A stretch of DNA of 64,000 bases, from NCBI RefSeq assembly GCF_030028105.1, contig NC_092371.1, positions 205,776,031 through 205,840,030 of the forward strand, in the 5' to 3' direction. A model generated the notes under the pieces. The model was not told the DNA's origin and did no database searches. It worked only from the letters and a program-made list of their open reading frames with translations. Of the stretch, positions 60,801 to 64,000 are shown piece by piece (position 1 is the stretch's first letter; each line of letters begins with the position of its first letter). Made by a program: the position numbers and the translations under genes. Source of the stretch: Mobula birostris (Eukaryota).

Positions 60801-63200
60801 GTGACATTCCCTTTGGCCTTGGGGCATCCACCACCGCTTGAATTTTCTCAGTACACTGTGCAAACCTTTGGGGAGGTGTCCAATGCAACCACAGTAGACG
60901 ATGCTTGGTTTAAAGAATTCACACTTGTGTTGTCATGGTCTGGGCCCATAATCTTCTAATCTTTTGAACGCTGTCTTGAGATTTTGGAAATGTTCCTTGA
61001 TATTCTCACTGGTAACAGTGATGTCATCCACGTAACACTGAGTGCCTGGGCAGCTTTGCAGCACCTAGTCCATAGCCTGCTATCAGAGTGCAGGTGCAGA
61101 GGCTACTCCAAAAATAAGCCTATTATAGTGATAAAGCCTTTTGTGTGTGTTTATGTTGAGAAGTTCTTTGGACTCTTTTTCCATCTCCATCCGCAGGTAG
61201 ACTTCATCTAAGTCCACCTTGCTAAAGTGTTTTCCTCCAGAATAGTTTGCAAAGATATCCTCTATCCTGGACAGAGGGAATTAATCAACTTTCAGTACTG
61301 GGTTGATCACCACAGATCCTAACAGATCCATTCTTCTTGGCTGCTGGGACAACTGGCATTGCCCATGGGTTCCACTCAACCTTGGAAAGAATTCCTTCAG
61401 CCTCAATGCTATCTACCTCACTGGCTACTTTATCATAGATGGTATATTGAACCATTTGGGCTTTATAAAACTTGGGTGTGGCATTTTCATTTAACACTAT
61501 TTTACCCTTGGTATGTTTGGGTTTTCTGATGTCATACTTGAACACTGTTGTAGCATCATACAGTATCTTTCTTAATTTACTTTCAGTTGACTCTTCTACA
61601 GGGGATGAGGTATGCAAATAGTGGATGGATCTCCAGTCTAGTAGCAGAAGTCTCAGCCACTCATGACCCTGCTATTTTCAACATATACAAGCCCATTGTG
61701 GCTTGTTGGTTGTTGTATTTCACCGTTACAAATGTCATTCGCACAGGAGTCTCTTTCCTCCTGTGTAAGTTCTTAGTTTTATATTTGCAGGCTTCAGTTT
61801 GGTATTTTTGAAATGCTGTACAAATTCATTTTCTGGAGTGACCGAAACAGGCAAGCTAGTGTCCAAATCCATTTTAACTATTTTGCTGTTCACTTCTGGT
61901 GTAAGCCATATTGAATCTCTCTTGTTTGTCTTCACAATGTAAATCTCAATGTTACCTAGTCCTGTGTCACTCTCAGCAGTATCAGTTATTTCATCAACAC
62001 CAAGCAGACTCATGCTCTTTTTAACAGTGCAACTTGACTTTTTATCTTTTTCTCTTCCTTTTGTAGACTGTTTATTTTGGTCTGCCTGTTTTGCCTTTAA
62101 ACCTGCAATGGTCCGGTGTATATGAACCCCTGCCACAATGGTAACCCAGTCAGGCCTCTGTCTAAATGCTGCAATTTTGTTCACGCTGACTTTCATTCCT
62201 AACTGCAATTCAATTGCATCTGAATGCTGTTTCCATTGATACAGTGATTTCAACTGCTCTTTTAAATGTGAGTTGTGCTTCAGTAAGGAGCCATTTTTAA
62301 ATGCTCTATTGTAAGATTCCATAAACTAAACAATCTTTCGGTGCACATTACTAGCCCATCACTGAATTGACAATAGTCAATCTCTTCAATTCAGCTATGT
62401 AAGATGAAATGGACTTCCCTTCCTTTTGATTCCACTTATGAAACATAAAGCATCCTGTAATCAAGGTGGTTTCAGTTCTAAATGTTCTAGCATTACCTCC
62501 ACGATATCAGCAAAGCTCATTTTGGCTAGTTTGGTTGCAGCAGTCAAACTTCTAAGCTAACTGTCTGACTTTCCACCAATTGCACTCAGCAAAACTGGCA
62601 TTCGTTTCTCGTTAGCTATTCAATTTGCTTCAAAATACTGCTCAATTCATTCAGTATATATCAAACAGTTGTCTCTTGTGCAATTGAACACATTTCTCTT
62701 TGCGATGCAGTCAGCCATTTCTGCTTTTTTTATTTATGATTATTATCACTCTGTACTTACTTTTTTGAACCTATGAATTTTGTCCATTTTCTGCCTGTTT
62801 TGTTAAAACTTGACCGTATCTCTCCTTTTTGAGAGAGACACACGCTATGCTTTTTTTTTTTAAATTCAACCATCTCTTTTCTCCTGTGAAGAGAAAAACC
62901 TACTGCACTTCAAAAGATTGGTAATAATTTTAGGTTCATTTCAAAACTTACTCATCACCACTGTCATTTTTGTAATGCTAAAATATAAAACTAATTCAAA
63001 GAAAAGCACAGAGCCTGGGAGATAAATGTGTCCTCTTCACTTTTACTTTTAGTGACCTCGCATATACGACATGGTGGCATAATGATGTACATTCATGTAC
63101 TTTTACATCTAACCCATTATAGATTATTTAAACAAAGAATGCTTAATCAAATAATATATTTACAAAATTACTCAATTACTGAAATACTAAATACACAACA
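57840..63200 (-). mobile_element. Degenerate Ty3/Gypsy element with only its 5' LTR (62962-63200)
   Basis: TGT..ACA LTR followed by tggtgatgag (CpG-decayed TGGCGACGAG, tRNA-Ser(GCU) PBS, 62951-62960); gag, protease MDLDTS, RT QCYVDDI (about 61022-61040), RNase H and integrase (VLEELH..VWWPGI, WPEVFP); ends HYPTRIRNSPQLLNL. Confidence 0.92.
59132..60162 (+). mobile_element. Rex1/Babar LINE inserted in the Gypsy pol
   Basis: GTPQGCVLSPLL..YKFADD (ORF 59090-59356); (GATTCT)n tail; TTCCA duplicated at 59127-59131 and 60163-60167. Confidence 0.92.
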
Positions 63201-64000
63201 AAATCCACAATTGTTAAATCTGCTGCACCCCTACATTGACTTCAGAAAATATAATGAGGTTTCTGGCACTACTCTGTAAGCAACACCCAAAACCACAAAG
63301 TCAATCAGCAATTACCATGCATATAACTGGTGGTTCCTTTAAACAGCACAGATATAATGACACTTCTTTTCGCTAAAAACTGGATCCTTGTTGCAAGTTG
63401 AATATATGATGTAAGCAAGATTAGTGATGTTTTGTTTGGTGACTCAATTGCACAGGAATTGTTATAATCTGCTCACTCCTCATGAAATTGGCACGTATGA
63501 GTGCTGTGACTCTTCCCACCTTTTCCAGTAGAAGACTTCATGACAACTGGCACAGAAACCTTATAGCAAATCAGCAACCTACAAATCCAAGCAACTGGTG
63601 CTACAGAATTTAATGTTATACCCTACATTGCTGTGAGAAGTGGAAATGGAGGGCACAGGAAGACCAAGTTGAAAGATGTATTGTATGTCAATGTCAGGAG
63701 GGGTTCCATTGGAAAATGTTTAAAAATGGGCAATATACTCCATCTCCAATACTGCACTGAGACCAACCATGTGCATTGCAACCTAAAATACTTTAGTTAA
63801 TATTAATGTACATAATGACACATGTGTAGAGTGTAACTTTCTTGCATTTGAGTGTTCTGCAACACTACTTAAAGGGATGATGATCTGCAACGGAAAACTT
63901 TGATTTAATTATCTCATTCATTCATAGATACGAGAGCAGAAAATTTGATAATATGAAAGTGAATGCATCAATAAAATTCCCTTCTTTCCAGCTCTTCAGA

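Noticed and set aside
1-64000. CRISPR arrays, rRNA or true tRNA genes
   Set aside because: None seen; tRNA-like boxes belong to decayed SINE heads, and the DNA is vertebrate.

Overview
AT-rich vertebrate genomic DNA. The repeat complement (HE1-like V-SINEs, many CR1 and Rex1/Babar LINEs, Penelope elements) points to a cartilaginous fish, probably a ray; this is inference. More than half of the window is transposon-derived and often nested: CR1 LINEs of several subfamilies, Rex1/Babar, L1 and L2 fragments, Penelope GIY-YIG elements carrying minimal hammerhead ribozyme motifs, two DNA-transposon MITEs and two Ty3/Gypsy LTR elements (one complete with LTRs, PBS, PPT and TSD at 33468-37826). The only confidently recognisable host coding sequence is two divergent copies of the LAST exon of a cytosolic 5'-nucleotidase I gene (NT5C1B-like) on the minus strand, at 39314-39613 and 15074-15322. 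The second copy is absent from the ORF track. The copies are 24 kb apart, phase-0, gap-free and only about 44% identical in protein. They share a near-identical 26-nt intronic acceptor, and both have altered HAD catalytic residues. I found no upstream NT5C1 exons between them or elsewhere in the window. The leading hypothesis is a cassette of alternative terminal exons that diversifies the active-site half of NT5C1B. Coordinates of old, decayed repeats are approximate, and all family assignments are by eye.
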